Source: a virus
Lineage: Duplodnaviria; Heunggongvirae; Uroviricota; Caudoviricetes
DNA length: 64,000 bases
Direction: 5' to 3' (one strand)
IMG/VR virus record: IMGVR_UViG_3300042154_004306
Part shown: positions 20,459-31,060 of the stretch, piece after piece
Position numbering within the stretch: the stretch's first letter is position 1
Layout of the letters: every line of letters begins with the position of its first letter
Translations under genes and position numbers: made by a program
The notes under the pieces: model-generated
What the model was told of the DNA's origin: nothing
The model's database searches: none
What the model saw: only the letters and a program-made list of their open reading frames with translations

Positions 20459-22518
20459 TGATTTCTAGATTTGTAACACTAACTGATTACTGCGTATTGG
20501 AGTACATGATGACTCCATTAGGAGACCCTGCGCCAAACATTATCAATTCACAATACTACCTTGTTGATAACAAGCACGTTGACGGTTATCAGGTGTATAA
20601 CACTGATTCGTATGATAGCATTACTAAAAATACTAGAGGACTAAGCGTTGTTGCGCTAGGCGGTTCACGATTAGTTAAAGTTGATCTTACTGATATACCG
20701 ATCTACACACAGTACGATCCAAATATTACTGAGACTCAGATTGCTGCAAGCCTAAGCAGTTTCACAATAATGGATACGATGAGGTTTCACTTTGCCTCAG
20801 GTTTTAATTTCACAGAAGTTGAAAATATTATTTTAGGAGCTCGTCAAAAGCTGAATGATCTAAAGCAATTACAGTTAGCGAATGTATTAGTGGATGCACA
20901 AACAGCTCAAACTCTTTTAACTTTCAATCCAAAACCGCTGTACTTAGCGAATACAATCTATGATAAGTATATTGATATTAAGGTCCCTACTTTATCGTAC
21001 TTAGCAGAAGATTTTAATCAATTTGAGTCAGCGTCATTTGAATATGCATTAACTGATGGAATCGGGTTCATTAAGGATGCTCCAATAACAGTTTCATTAA
21101 TTGAAGCGACCTATGAAGATTATTATCCAGAAAATGGAGAGAAATATGAACTGTATCGAGTTGCCAACTATTTTGAAGGATCAGTTCCTCAAATCAATGA
21201 GTTCGATAGTTTAGGCGCGATAATCCAAGAGGCAACTGACGGAGACTACATTGAGTTCTTTGCTACCTGGAATGGAACATTCGCCGAGGACCTAATTTCA
21301 ACGCTAAATGCAAAAGGTCCAGATAACGATTGGATTTTCATTCACCAACTCCAAGTTTACGAACAGGTTGGAACAGCGATCGTACCTTCCGGCAATTTCA
21401 CAGTTTATCAAGAAGATAATTTTGACACTGCTCTAAGTTACAGACCAATCCTAAAGGAGGCTGGTTTTGCGGTGTCAATGTCAATCGACTACACTCTTCG
21501 ACTTGTGAATAAAAAGACAGGAGATCAGATCATTAGAGCTGGGTCAATGTCCCTATTCAACCCAAATAAGTACGGCAAGTATTTAACTAAACTTGAGCTT
21601 GCGGACAAACCTCAATCGATGAAAGTTTACAATAAAATCATTCAAAAGAATCTTGAGATTTCTAACCTGTTTACTGGAGGTAAAACGCCAAAATCTTCAA
21701 CTTCTCAAATGGTAGCTCCGCCTACTGTGATCGAAAAAGAGGTCAAGGTCGGAGTCCCAGTATTTTATAAGCAGGCTAACATTCAAATAAGTCAAAAGAA
21801 TGCTCTACTTAAATACGGAGACGGGTCAATGGAGGTTATTTTTGGACAGGGCGAATTAATTATTCCAATCGATCCTACTGATAACTTTTTTAAGATCAAC
21901 GTATACGAAAAGAATCCAGCTAATCCAAAGGTCCATACTCCTGCTAACTTAAATAACAATTCAACATTTGCATTAACGTTCGGATCTGATTCAAAATTTG
22001 TTTATAATGGACTTACTGATCCAGCTTACGTGGATCCAAGTAAAGGCCAATTGGCTTTTAGAATACCTAAGGATCAGGCAAAGAAAATTCTTGAGTCAAC
22101 CAATACTACTCTATTCATTTCTCTAATTGGCGAGGACGGCACCGAAACTTTACTGTATACTGGTCGATGGTTACCGTCTTCACAGTATGCTACGGTATTA
22201 AGAGCAAATGAGGCTGCTCAAAATACACTGCTAAATGATCCTCAAGCGGTTATTTCTGAGCTAAGAGAGAAGATTACTTCACTTGAGGCATCTAATGCTG
22301 CGCTAATTAGGCGCCTAGGAACCACTAGACCTATATCAGGTAACTTATCGACTAAAACTGAAAATATTAAAAACATAAACCCAATAGCTGGACAGTTAAA
22401 TCCTTATACTGATTTAGTACAGGCGAATCCTAATACAGAGACGACAAATACAACAACAATCATCCAAGATGAACCGGTTCCTACGACTACTCGCAGATCG
22501 CAAAGGTCAAAGAGGTGA
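20458..22518 (+). CDS. Large virion structural protein, unassigned
   Basis: 686 aa, beta-rich, in late operon. Confidence 0.55.
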   Translation: MISRFVTLTDYCVLEYMMTPLGDPAPNIINSQYYLVDNKHVDGYQVYNTDSYDSITKNTRGLSVVALGGSRLVKVDLTDIPIYTQYDPNITETQIAASLSSFTIMDTMRFHFASGFNFTEVENIILGARQKLNDLKQLQLANVLVDAQTAQTLLTFNPKPLYLANTIYDKYIDIKVPTLSYLAEDFNQFESASFEYALTDGIGFIKDAPITVSLIEATYEDYYPENGEKYELYRVANYFEGSVPQINEFDSLGAIIQEATDGDYIEFFATWNGTFAEDLISTLNAKGPDNDWIFIHQLQVYEQVGTAIVPSGNFTVYQEDNFDTALSYRPILKEAGFAVSMSIDYTLRLVNKKTGDQIIRAGSMSLFNPNKYGKYLTKLELADKPQSMKVYNKIIQKNLEISNLFTGGKTPKSSTSQMVAPPTVIEKEVKVGVPVFYKQANIQISQKNALLKYGDGSMEVIFGQGELIIPIDPTDNFFKINVYEKNPANPKVHTPANLNNNSTFALTFGSDSKFVYNGLTDPAYVDPSKGQLAFRIPKDQAKKILESTNTTLFISLIGEDGTETLLYTGRWLPSSQYATVLRANEAAQNTLLNDPQAVISELREKITSLEASNAALIRRLGTTRPISGNLSTKTENIKNINPIAGQLNPYTDLVQANPNTETTNTTTIIQDEPVPTTTRRSQRSKR

Positions 22519-22655
22519 ATACCATGGAGGTAACCGACCGCGTAGATAACAATAATTCATTTAGACCAGTTTGAATGAATAAATAACTCTAGCATATACA
22601 GATAAATAAAATCAGCGATATAAGCTGATAAATAATAAAAAAGACAAGCGTTTCA

Positions 22656-24194
22656 ATGAACGGTCTCATACAAGAACTAACAACTGAGCTCAAATCTAAT
22701 TCGAGCATAAATTCTAGCATCGCCGCGAAGGTTGTGCTTGAATCAATCAACAATTCACTTATGTTGGGTGTTGCGCCTAACCAAATCTTAGAAAATTCTC
22801 TAGAAACTTTGGAGCAATTTGCTACAGAAATGGTAAACGAAAACCTTAAGGAAGTCGTTGCTAAATTTAAGAAACTGGCTGAAAAGCCTACAGCAAGTCT
22901 GCAGAACATGGCTAAGGAAGCTGGTCTAAAGATCAAACTTCAAGCTATCAAAGAATCTGAAACTTATGGAGATCCAGTTTTCAAGCATACTGTTGCTAGA
23001 TTGGAAGAGGCTGTTAATTCTATGCCAGAATACAGAGCTTTAGGTTTTGTGTACGAAGGTCTTTCTAAATTCGCTTATGATAAAACGGTTGCTGGAATTT
23101 TAGAAGAAATTTCAACATACGTTAACAACAATCGCGTAAAGTTAGAAGTATTAAACTCTGTTTTTGAAATGAGATTGGCTGGTCCAGTTCTTTACAAAGA
23201 TGCATGCGCTCTTCTTGAGCAAGCAGTATTAGAAGGAATTGAAACTTCGGACGGTATTAAAATGAAATTGCGTTCTTTTTCTAATTTGCCAGTGGTTAGT
23301 AGACTTATTAACACAGTAAGCATGTTAGAGGCAAAAACTGATGGAACCTTTAATTTAGGAATCGGTAACGGAGACGCTCAAGTAAAGCCAATCGTAGCTC
23401 CTTTTTATAAAGTTACAGAGAGCGATGCATTAATTTTCATCGATAATAAATTCATCAAAGTTTCAGAAAATGATGATCCTACTCAAGTAACCGCAGAAGA
23501 TGCTCAAGAATTTCCTGATTTCTTTGAAATCTGTGAAGCTTTTAGATTCTTGAACTTCAAAGAATCTGGTTCAGATACAGTTGCCAAAGGTAGAAACCTA
23601 TCAGTAGCATTCGGAATCAACGAGAACGGTACCTTAAACCTTAAGTTAAATGGTGCAGTTGTTGAAAATCTAGATTCAGTTAGACTAACTGAACTTTTCG
23701 TAATGGAATCGCTTGAAACACGTAGTGCTCTTACTAAGATCTTTGATAACTTAGATCTTATTGTCAATATTGAATTTGGTAAAACTATCGTTAACGAAAG
23801 ACTTGGAAGAAATTCAATTGTTTTAAATCTTGGAGAAAACATTTTCGTTTTTGAAAAATTAGGAGACACTCGTATTCTTAAGAAGATGAAGGACCTAACT
23901 TTCCACAATTACGTAATGGAAAACTTCAAGTACGACGTTAGTGAACTTTATTCGATTCAATTAGAAGAAAGAGACATTAAAATCAAGGAACTTAATTCAG
24001 AGAAATCGGTAATTGAAGCTAACTTAGAGAAATTAGAAAAAACTATTTCTCAAATTAACGAAGCTTTAGCAGATTCATCAATCTCTGCTGATAATAAAGA
24101 AAAATTAAACGAACTTAGAATGTCAATTGAAAAGAACGTTAATTCTCTAAAGAATCAATACATCTTAGTCGATCAGTCCAAAAAAAAAGCTTAA
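22656..24194 (+). CDS. Putative head core/scaffold-related protein
   Basis: Several late promoters at 22579-22635; many (L/I)xE sites; C-terminal coiled coil ending in an A9 tract. Confidence 0.5.
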   Translation: MNGLIQELTTELKSNSSINSSIAAKVVLESINNSLMLGVAPNQILENSLETLEQFATEMVNENLKEVVAKFKKLAEKPTASLQNMAKEAGLKIKLQAIKESETYGDPVFKHTVARLEEAVNSMPEYRALGFVYEGLSKFAYDKTVAGILEEISTYVNNNRVKLEVLNSVFEMRLAGPVLYKDACALLEQAVLEGIETSDGIKMKLRSFSNLPVVSRLINTVSMLEAKTDGTFNLGIGNGDAQVKPIVAPFYKVTESDALIFIDNKFIKVSENDDPTQVTAEDAQEFPDFFEICEAFRFLNFKESGSDTVAKGRNLSVAFGINENGTLNLKLNGAVVENLDSVRLTELFVMESLETRSALTKIFDNLDLIVNIEFGKTIVNERLGRNSIVLNLGENIFVFEKLGDTRILKKMKDLTFHNYVMENFKYDVSELYSIQLEERDIKIKELNSEKSVIEANLEKLEKTISQINEALADSSISADNKEKLNELRMSIEKNVNSLKNQYILVDQSKKKA

Positions 24195-24484
24195 GTGAGT
24201 CTGAGGACATTACTCTAGTGTCCCCAACCTCTGCGAAGTACGCAACTGGCCAACGTGTCATGTTGAAGTCAGGTCAATCTGCAACAATCGTTGGAATTGA
24301 CCCAGTTGGTAAAACTTACAAGGTAATGGGATCTGATAATAAGTACCAATCCGTTAAGCCTGAAGAGATTGAAAAGATTGACTCGTCTAAATATAAAGAC
24401 TATCAGCAATCTGGTCCAAATCCTGAAAATCCAGACGAACTTTCAATTAAAGAAAAAGACGTTACTCTAGACCAAAGCTCATAA
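24188..24484 (+). CDS. KOW/SH3-like small domain, likely the -1 frameshift extension of the preceding gene
   Basis: -1 frame is open from the A9 tract (24180-24188) through GTG 24218; GQRVMLKSGQSATIVGID. Confidence 0.5.
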   Translation, partial: SLSESEDITLVSPTSAKYATGQRVMLKSGQSATIVGIDPVGKTYKVMGSDNKYQSVKPEEIEKIDSSKYKDYQQSGPNPENPDELSIKEKDVTLDQSS

Positions 24485-24518
24485 TCTTTAGTATAATATT
24501 CTCTAAAGATAATGTAAA

Positions 24519-25334
24519 ATGGCTGACGTACTATGCTCAATCGAAGAGGCTCGAATTAATGGAACTCTTCAAGTCTTCGAAAAGAAGACCAAATACCACG
24601 ACTATCAATTTCTAGTTAGATCTGAGGAAGAGATAAAATTCAATGTGTCTCAAAATATCTCTACTAAACCGACAGGCGGAGAATATTTTAAACCACTATT
24701 CATACCACATTATGCTCAAAACCCAGGAGGTCCATTGACTCTTGAGGATTTAGACGAAGAAGATGTTTGGTTGGATGCAGGCGGTCATATTGGAATATTT
24801 GCAACTCGTTTGCTAACCCAATTTCCAAGAATTCAAAAAGTTTATTCTTACGAACCTTTTCATAATAACGTTGAGTTTGCTCAGCAAAATATTGAAATGA
24901 ATCACGTACAAGACCGTTGCGAGATAATCGAGAAAGCGATAGTAGCCGACGATTCTAAGTCCGTTGAATTCTTCTTATCTCAGGATTCAGGTAAGCACAG
25001 CGTTCATCCAATCCGAGGACGCCAGGTCACAACTGTTCCTGCTGAGAATATTAATACAATCATTAAGGAAAAGGGAATTACCTGTATTAAGATGGACATT
25101 GAGGGTCTTGAATACGATATGATTAAAGCAATCAATAAGGAAAGCTTTGATCAGTTGAAGCTATTCATCGTTGAATACCATTTCCATTATAGTTGGTTAC
25201 TTGAAAACCGTGCAGCTAAGTTCAATGAGATTATGGAAATTTTTGGAAATAATTTTGACAGAATTTTCGTTAATCCAAGAACCGCAAACGGTAAGCACTT
25301 CATTACTCACTTTGCTGGATTTAAAAAGGCATAA
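24519..25334 (+). CDS. FkbM-family methyltransferase
   Basis: WLDAGGHIG, YSYEP, IKMDIEGLE; TAGTATAAT promoter at 24489-24497. Confidence 0.85.
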   Translation: MADVLCSIEEARINGTLQVFEKKTKYHDYQFLVRSEEEIKFNVSQNISTKPTGGEYFKPLFIPHYAQNPGGPLTLEDLDEEDVWLDAGGHIGIFATRLLTQFPRIQKVYSYEPFHNNVEFAQQNIEMNHVQDRCEIIEKAIVADDSKSVEFFLSQDSGKHSVHPIRGRQVTTVPAENINTIIKEKGITCIKMDIEGLEYDMIKAINKESFDQLKLFIVEYHFHYSWLLENRAAKFNEIMEIFGNNFDRIFVNPRTANGKHFITHFAGFKKA

Positions 25335-25759
25335 TGAGTCCATACAAGTTATTGCAGGAGATTTACCATAACGACCCTTGGAAGTCGCAAGTGTGTTGTA
25401 TTCTGCTTAACTGTACTCGAAGAGTTCAGGTCGATAGAGTTCGTGATGAACTCTATCGTCGTTATCCGGATGCGGTTGAAATGTCAATTGCTGAGCCTGG
25501 AGAACTTTCACAACTTCTTAAACCCTTAGGCCTTTATAACAGAAGAGCCAAAACTTTAATTAGATTCAGCATTGACTGGATTGATAAGGATTGGAAACAT
25601 CCCAAGGAACTGTACGGTATCGGTCAATATGCTGCAGATTCTTGGGATATTTTCTATGAAAATCGGTTAGATATTGAACCAAATGATGGAGTTCTAGTAA
25701 AATACTTACAATGGAAAAGAAATCAAGTAAATCACTCTATGCCTATTTTGGCGAATTAG
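25334..25759 (+). CDS. HhH-GPD (MBD4-like) DNA glycosylase
   Basis: DPWK..CILLNCT, LKPLGLYNRRA, ELYGIGQYAADSW, PND. Confidence 0.85.
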   Translation: MSPYKLLQEIYHNDPWKSQVCCILLNCTRRVQVDRVRDELYRRYPDAVEMSIAEPGELSQLLKPLGLYNRRAKTLIRFSIDWIDKDWKHPKELYGIGQYAADSWDIFYENRLDIEPNDGVLVKYLQWKRNQVNHSMPILAN

Positions 25760-26778
25760 GACTATTCGATACGAATATACCAGGTCATACCTTCTATCAA
25801 ATTGGATTAATGGACGCCCTGTCTGAAAAATTCAAAGTTGATCAATTTGATTTCTTAAACTACGTTAGCGATAAGTACACAAGCGGCTCAATCGATCCAG
25901 TTTTTCCAAAGGATAATCTTGGAGAGCTCATGACCGAATACACAAGAAAATTAGTTAATAACTATCAGATTGCCTGGCCTGAAGTTATGGAAAAGATAAC
26001 AAATCGTGAATACGACAAAATATTCTTAAAAGCCAGATTCAGGAATTTGTCAACTTTGGAAAAAAAATTGAAAGATGCTAAGATTTTTGAAGACACTATC
26101 ACAACTGCGTTAGAAGTAGGATACGATCCGGCCGATATCGTCATCATCGATACGGATCTTTCCCTAAGTGAATCGTTCTTATCTACGATCGAGTCTCTTG
26201 GCCTTAGTCGAGAAATTCCATCAATTACCATGCCTGGAATGAGTAAAGCATTTATTCAGGACTGCTTAAGAATTCATGAAAATTCAACAGAGTCACCGTA
26301 TATAAATTTGATGTATTATGGAAACCTGTCATTTGATAATTACAAAGAAGGCCATTCCAAGAATCCAATCATAAATGATATTATCCAGTCAGTAGACCAG
26401 ACCCAAATGTTTGATGGTACGACGTTCACAATGACAGTTGCCGCAAAGAAGGACTTAAGCCTTGATCACTGGATTGGTGCAATGAATAGAGTTTCCCTGA
26501 CGGCCAGAGAGGATAGAGCACGTATTTGGCAGAATTTCTCACATTCAATAGTGTCGGTAAACGTAAGCAAGGATCTCTATATCAAAGAGAAATTTATCCC
26601 GGCTAGAGTTTACGAATCCATCATATTCGGTGTGATTCCAGTTTCATATAAATGGGGCCAGCATCCAGCAATGACGTTTGAAACAGTTGAAGATTTTTGG
26701 GAAATCTGCAAGTTTCTAGCCGAGTGTTCCAGACAGGACTATCTAAAGATTCTTAGACTTTGCGCTGACCGACTTTAA
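25711..26778 (+). CDS. GT-B glycosyltransferase, possibly DNA beta-glucosyltransferase-like
   Basis: MYYGN and VNVSKDLY..KFIPARVYESI resemble the C-terminal motif of T4 BGT (IGDKNYNDNFITLRVWE). Confidence 0.5.
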   Translation: MEKKSSKSLYAYFGELGLFDTNIPGHTFYQIGLMDALSEKFKVDQFDFLNYVSDKYTSGSIDPVFPKDNLGELMTEYTRKLVNNYQIAWPEVMEKITNREYDKIFLKARFRNLSTLEKKLKDAKIFEDTITTALEVGYDPADIVIIDTDLSLSESFLSTIESLGLSREIPSITMPGMSKAFIQDCLRIHENSTESPYINLMYYGNLSFDNYKEGHSKNPIINDIIQSVDQTQMFDGTTFTMTVAAKKDLSLDHWIGAMNRVSLTAREDRARIWQNFSHSIVSVNVSKDLYIKEKFIPARVYESIIFGVIPVSYKWGQHPAMTFETVEDFWEICKFLAECSRQDYLKILRLCADRL

Positions 26779-26821
26779 CCCAGGTTAGAGAATAAATAAT
26801 AAGAAATTACGCAATCAATAA

Positions 26822-29209
26822 ATGCAATATGTAGTTTCAGCAGAAGAGTACTTTGACTCACTAAATGAAAGCCGCCAGAATCTAGACAAGCTCATCAAGT
26901 ATTTTGAAAATATACCAGAGGCCTTCTTTGAGGCAATCGACCGAACTAACTGGTCAAAAATGGACGATTTCTTTAATCTTCCAGTGAATGAGGCCTCTTC
27001 GCAAGCAAAACTTAATCATCAACTTTTTTTACTAGATCACATTGAAGATATTAACAACATCATTCAAAAAGAGGACTTTTTAGTTAGAGCAGGTTACGAT
27101 ACCGTTGCTCTACGCGAAAGCGGCGAGTATTTAGCTACAGTTCAGTCTCTCGATGAGGGTTTACTTGGAACGGTTTGGAGTTTCATTAAAGGCATGGTCG
27201 CCGATCCGGACCCAGTTGAGATGACCTTAAATATCATTCGTCTTGTCCTAGACGTTATTGGTATTGTTCCATTCACTTGGGCAGGTTTTCCAATCGATAT
27301 TGTTGCAAACTTAATGTCTGCAGTAATTTCCATCTACAAGAACGATTTTTTCTCAGCGATTCTTAGCATTCTGTCAGCAATTGATGTAAGTAAAGTGAAT
27401 GCTGTTGCTACTAAGTTTCTTAAGCCTGCAGCGCCAATCATAAATAAAATAGCAAAAATAGCATTCAGATCAGGATCAGAAGCCGTTGCCCTTGAAAAAG
27501 TCGTAATTAACGCAAGAGAAGAATTAATAAAAATAGGCGGAAAAAGCCTATTGGACAATATTATAGGCTTATTTAAGAATATTGCAAGCTTCATAGTCGG
27601 AGCAGGATTAAGCATTGTCAAATTAATCGCAGGATTCGTTGAGTTTGCAATCAACCTTGTAACCGGTGGAGCCGCTAAAAAATACACAGCAAAGATTCCA
27701 CTATTCGTTGATAAACTTGCAGCCAACATGAGCTTATGGGGTAAAAATTTCGATAGCGCTTCTAAGATTTTAGTTGGAGCTGAGGGAGATTCTATTGCTC
27801 GAGCAAGTAAGGACCTTCAAAAAAATGCACTTGTAGCCACAAAGGGAGAAAGAAGCGCACTTATAGCTCAAACTAAAGCCGATGCAATTGCCGCCGGTAA
27901 AACTGGAAAAGCCGGTGATTTAGAGGTTGCCGCAAAGGTCAATGATTTTGATAAAGCAATAGTTGACCGATACTTGGATGCAACCGGCTATCTTGGAAAT
28001 CTTAGAGGAACTGTTAAAGAGACAAAAGTCTTCACGGACAAAATTTCAAAACTTACGAAAGCTGAACAAGATATTTGGATTGCTGCAAAAATGGAGAATG
28101 AAATAATTGGACAAGCTAAATTAAGTGCTGATGCAATACTAAAAGATAAAGATCTAGCAAAGAGACTGGCTGATTTGGGTTGGAGACCCGGTAGTGCTGA
28201 TCTAATGGCAATGGCAAAAAAAGGAGATACTGCCGGCGTTAAGAAGTTCTTTGAGGCTTTCTTAACCGATCCGCAATTATCTAAAAATTTAAGTAAGGCT
28301 GAAATCAGAGCATTCACACCATTTGTAGCCAGGCCGAAAGCATTCGTTGAAGGAGTCAAACACATGGATGATGTACTTAAAGTCGCAAAAACCATGGAAG
28401 GACTTAGCCGTACCGTGGCAAAACGAGCGATTCCATTAGAAAGAGTCTTAAGTTTCTTATCCAGACTCGTATGGCAGCAATTTGGAAATCTTGAGTGTTT
28501 AGTAGAAGTTGGAGCAAATAAGATGAGCGCAGCAATTGCGTCTCAAACGACTAAACTTGCATCAAAAGGCCTAGAGCTAGCTCTAAAACCTGCAGTAAAT
28601 GAGGCAGACGAACCTGCTCAAGATTCAGCTCAATTAGATGAGCTAGTCGCACAAGAGGTCGAAAAGAACAAAAAATTAAAAGAGCAGCTAAAGGCTAAAA
28701 AGGGTAAAGCTGATTGTGGAATGCTTGCGGCCGCGAACTCAGCGATAGTTGCTGCTCACGTTGCTGATTATCCTGGGTCAACTGCTAATTTAGGAGGAAC
28801 TTCTAACATGGGAGACGACAAAAAAGCCAGAGAGAATTTTGAAAAAACGAGCACCGAATACACTCAACAAATTCTTAAATCAATGAAGCTTGACACAAGC
28901 ATTGATGCACAACACGCAATCGATGGACTTGATCCAGTTACTCAACTTTCACTATCTGATGTTTGGGATTCTGAACATGGAGTAGTTAGCGTAAATACAT
29001 CAGAGGTTTCTAACATGAAGGAGATTGCGGATGGATTCGTTAAGCGAGGCCAATGGACTCAAGAAGAAGCTGATCGAGCTATTAAAAAGGCAACAGAGAT
29101 GCTAGATTCCGGAGATATGCCAGAAATTCCACTGCCCAAGTCAATTGAAAAAACGGATGAGGGCCTTTTTAAAACAAAAGGATTCGGATTCTCCTCTATA
29201 AATAACTAA
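26822..29209 (+). CDS. Large putative internal virion protein with pre-toxin-like helical motif
   Basis: Late promoter at 26792-26799; repeated LNE/VNE/LDE sites; LDVIGIVP...NDFFSAILSIL. Confidence 0.55.
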   Translation: MQYVVSAEEYFDSLNESRQNLDKLIKYFENIPEAFFEAIDRTNWSKMDDFFNLPVNEASSQAKLNHQLFLLDHIEDINNIIQKEDFLVRAGYDTVALRESGEYLATVQSLDEGLLGTVWSFIKGMVADPDPVEMTLNIIRLVLDVIGIVPFTWAGFPIDIVANLMSAVISIYKNDFFSAILSILSAIDVSKVNAVATKFLKPAAPIINKIAKIAFRSGSEAVALEKVVINAREELIKIGGKSLLDNIIGLFKNIASFIVGAGLSIVKLIAGFVEFAINLVTGGAAKKYTAKIPLFVDKLAANMSLWGKNFDSASKILVGAEGDSIARASKDLQKNALVATKGERSALIAQTKADAIAAGKTGKAGDLEVAAKVNDFDKAIVDRYLDATGYLGNLRGTVKETKVFTDKISKLTKAEQDIWIAAKMENEIIGQAKLSADAILKDKDLAKRLADLGWRPGSADLMAMAKKGDTAGVKKFFEAFLTDPQLSKNLSKAEIRAFTPFVARPKAFVEGVKHMDDVLKVAKTMEGLSRTVAKRAIPLERVLSFLSRLVWQQFGNLECLVEVGANKMSAAIASQTTKLASKGLELALKPAVNEADEPAQDSAQLDELVAQEVEKNKKLKEQLKAKKGKADCGMLAAANSAIVAAHVADYPGSTANLGGTSNMGDDKKARENFEKTSTEYTQQILKSMKLDTSIDAQHAIDGLDPVTQLSLSDVWDSEHGVVSVNTSEVSNMKEIADGFVKRGQWTQEEADRAIKKATEMLDSGDMPEIPLPKSIEKTDEGLFKTKGFGFSSINN

Positions 29210-29224
29210 AATTACGATAACCGA

Positions 29225-30319
29225 ATGACATTCGTTAAAACATTTGAAGATTTTAAAAATCAGGTCTCACAAGTTTCAGAAAAAGCCATTTCAGGTGGCT
29301 CTGTAACTAAGGAAGCTGAAAACAAAGCTGCTGGCGAACTTGCTAAATTCACAGTAGTTCTTAAAGCGACTAGCGATAATGATACGATAAGTGATGCAAA
29401 TCCAGCACAGAGCGCCCTAGACCATCTTGTAAACAGTCAAGACTTCCAGAACTGGTATTCCGGTGAAACTACCAGCAATGATGCGGCTGCCCAAACTTTT
29501 ACAAGTTCAAATTCAACTTCCATTGCATTCATTGACACTGGCAAGCACAGACAAGCTGGTTTCTTGAAAAGAGAAAAAGCAACTGAAACCTTTATTTTCA
29601 AGAGAATCGGTTCGCCTAACACAACTGATCGAAATAAGTCTGAACTTAATTATGACGTTAAGAAATTTCCAGCACAGGCAAAATCGAAAGTTGCTTCAGG
29701 CGGCACCGTTTATGCATGGAACCTTGAGCAGGAAAAGACAATGACTCTTAATCCAGCTCAACCAATGACAGTTCCATTGGACAGCTTAACCGTTGACCTT
29801 GCAATGAAAACTAATATTACTGCTACACCGGCTAGCCAATCAAGCCCACAAACTCCACCGGCTACACAAATTCCGGCTGGATCTGGAGGAGCGCCCACTA
29901 CTACTCAAGCCTCTACTAATACTAATCAGGCCTCTTCTTATGTTGGACTTAAGCGTACTCAAACCTTTGATAAAAGAATTCAGGATCTACAAAAGACAAT
30001 TATTGCTAAGGGTGGTCCTGCTGCTGATGCGATCGTTGCAAAAGGCGGAGCTATTGGAAAATACGGATCAGGTACAGCTTCGGCAATTGGTATTATAATT
30101 GGAACAAATAAGGCTGAAGATGAAATCACAGCAGACATTGATGCTAAATTAAAAACTGCTCTTGCTGGAGTAACCCCTGATCAAATTGCAAAGGTTCAAG
30201 CGCCTGCTGCAAAAACTGGAGTAACTTCACCGGCTGCTGCTAAGCCTGCAGCTACTTCTGCTAAACCGGCCGCTGCTGCTAAGCCTAAGGCTGTCGCTAA
30301 AGCTGACCCAGGATTCTAA
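29225..30319 (+). CDS. Tag-bearing protein with PG-binding-like domain and Ala/Lys/Pro tail
   Basis: VKTFEDFKN N-terminus; IQDLQK...GKYGSGTASAI. Confidence 0.55.
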   Translation: MTFVKTFEDFKNQVSQVSEKAISGGSVTKEAENKAAGELAKFTVVLKATSDNDTISDANPAQSALDHLVNSQDFQNWYSGETTSNDAAAQTFTSSNSTSIAFIDTGKHRQAGFLKREKATETFIFKRIGSPNTTDRNKSELNYDVKKFPAQAKSKVASGGTVYAWNLEQEKTMTLNPAQPMTVPLDSLTVDLAMKTNITATPASQSSPQTPPATQIPAGSGGAPTTTQASTNTNQASSYVGLKRTQTFDKRIQDLQKTIIAKGGPAADAIVAKGGAIGKYGSGTASAIGIIIGTNKAEDEITADIDAKLKTALAGVTPDQIAKVQAPAAKTGVTSPAAAKPAATSAKPAAAAKPKAVAKADPGF

Positions 30320-30340
30320 TAAAAATTAATAAAGTATACA

Positions 30341-31054
30341 ATGATTAACTTAAACAATTACGCAATATTAGCTGAACAGAAAAAATACGGATACTCTACC
30401 CCAATCACTGAGAGCATTGATGTAGTAAATGAAGCTGCACCGGACATGCAAACCGAAGACGGTGTCAAAAAGGTATTGGGTGGAAAAACTGACCCAAATT
30501 ATGCAGCACAATGGAATCAACTAGTCGATGATGTGGCTACTCATAAAGCTGCCGGTACGTACACTGTGACAATCAATCACGATGACAATAGGCCAATGGT
30601 AACTTTGCAATATCAGATTGGTACTGATCTTAAGCCAGTAAAAGGTAGTGTTAAACTTGCAGCTACGACTGCTCAAGCGGCTCAAGGAGCCCCAGCTCAA
30701 ATGTCTGAAGCAGACGGTTTCGCAAAGGTAAAAGCTGCATCTGACGTAATTCAAAATTTATTTGTTGATAATTCACCGTTTTTTGCACCATTTAAAGGTA
30801 CGTGGAATGATGAAGATTCAAAAGCAGCAGCAGAATTTGACAAATGGTATAATTCTAAATGGAAGGTTGTAATTGATTCGTTAAAGGGTCATACTAATGA
30901 GGATATTAAAACAAGCGCAACTAACGTTTCAAAAGCAGTAACTTCAATACTTTCAAAAATGAGAGGTGGAGCCGATGCGGATGATACGGTTGTTTGGAAT
31001 ATAGTTGCCGCAAATGGCGCTTACTCAACGTATAAAGTGGATACAGATTTTTAA
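30341..31054 (+). CDS. Putative internal virion protein
   Basis: N-terminal LAE/ITE/VNE sites; same operon. Confidence 0.55.
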   Translation: MINLNNYAILAEQKKYGYSTPITESIDVVNEAAPDMQTEDGVKKVLGGKTDPNYAAQWNQLVDDVATHKAAGTYTVTINHDDNRPMVTLQYQIGTDLKPVKGSVKLAATTAQAAQGAPAQMSEADGFAKVKAASDVIQNLFVDNSPFFAPFKGTWNDEDSKAAAEFDKWYNSKWKVVIDSLKGHTNEDIKTSATNVSKAVTSILSKMRGGADADDTVVWNIVAANGAYSTYKVDTDF

Positions 31055-31060
31055 TAGTAT

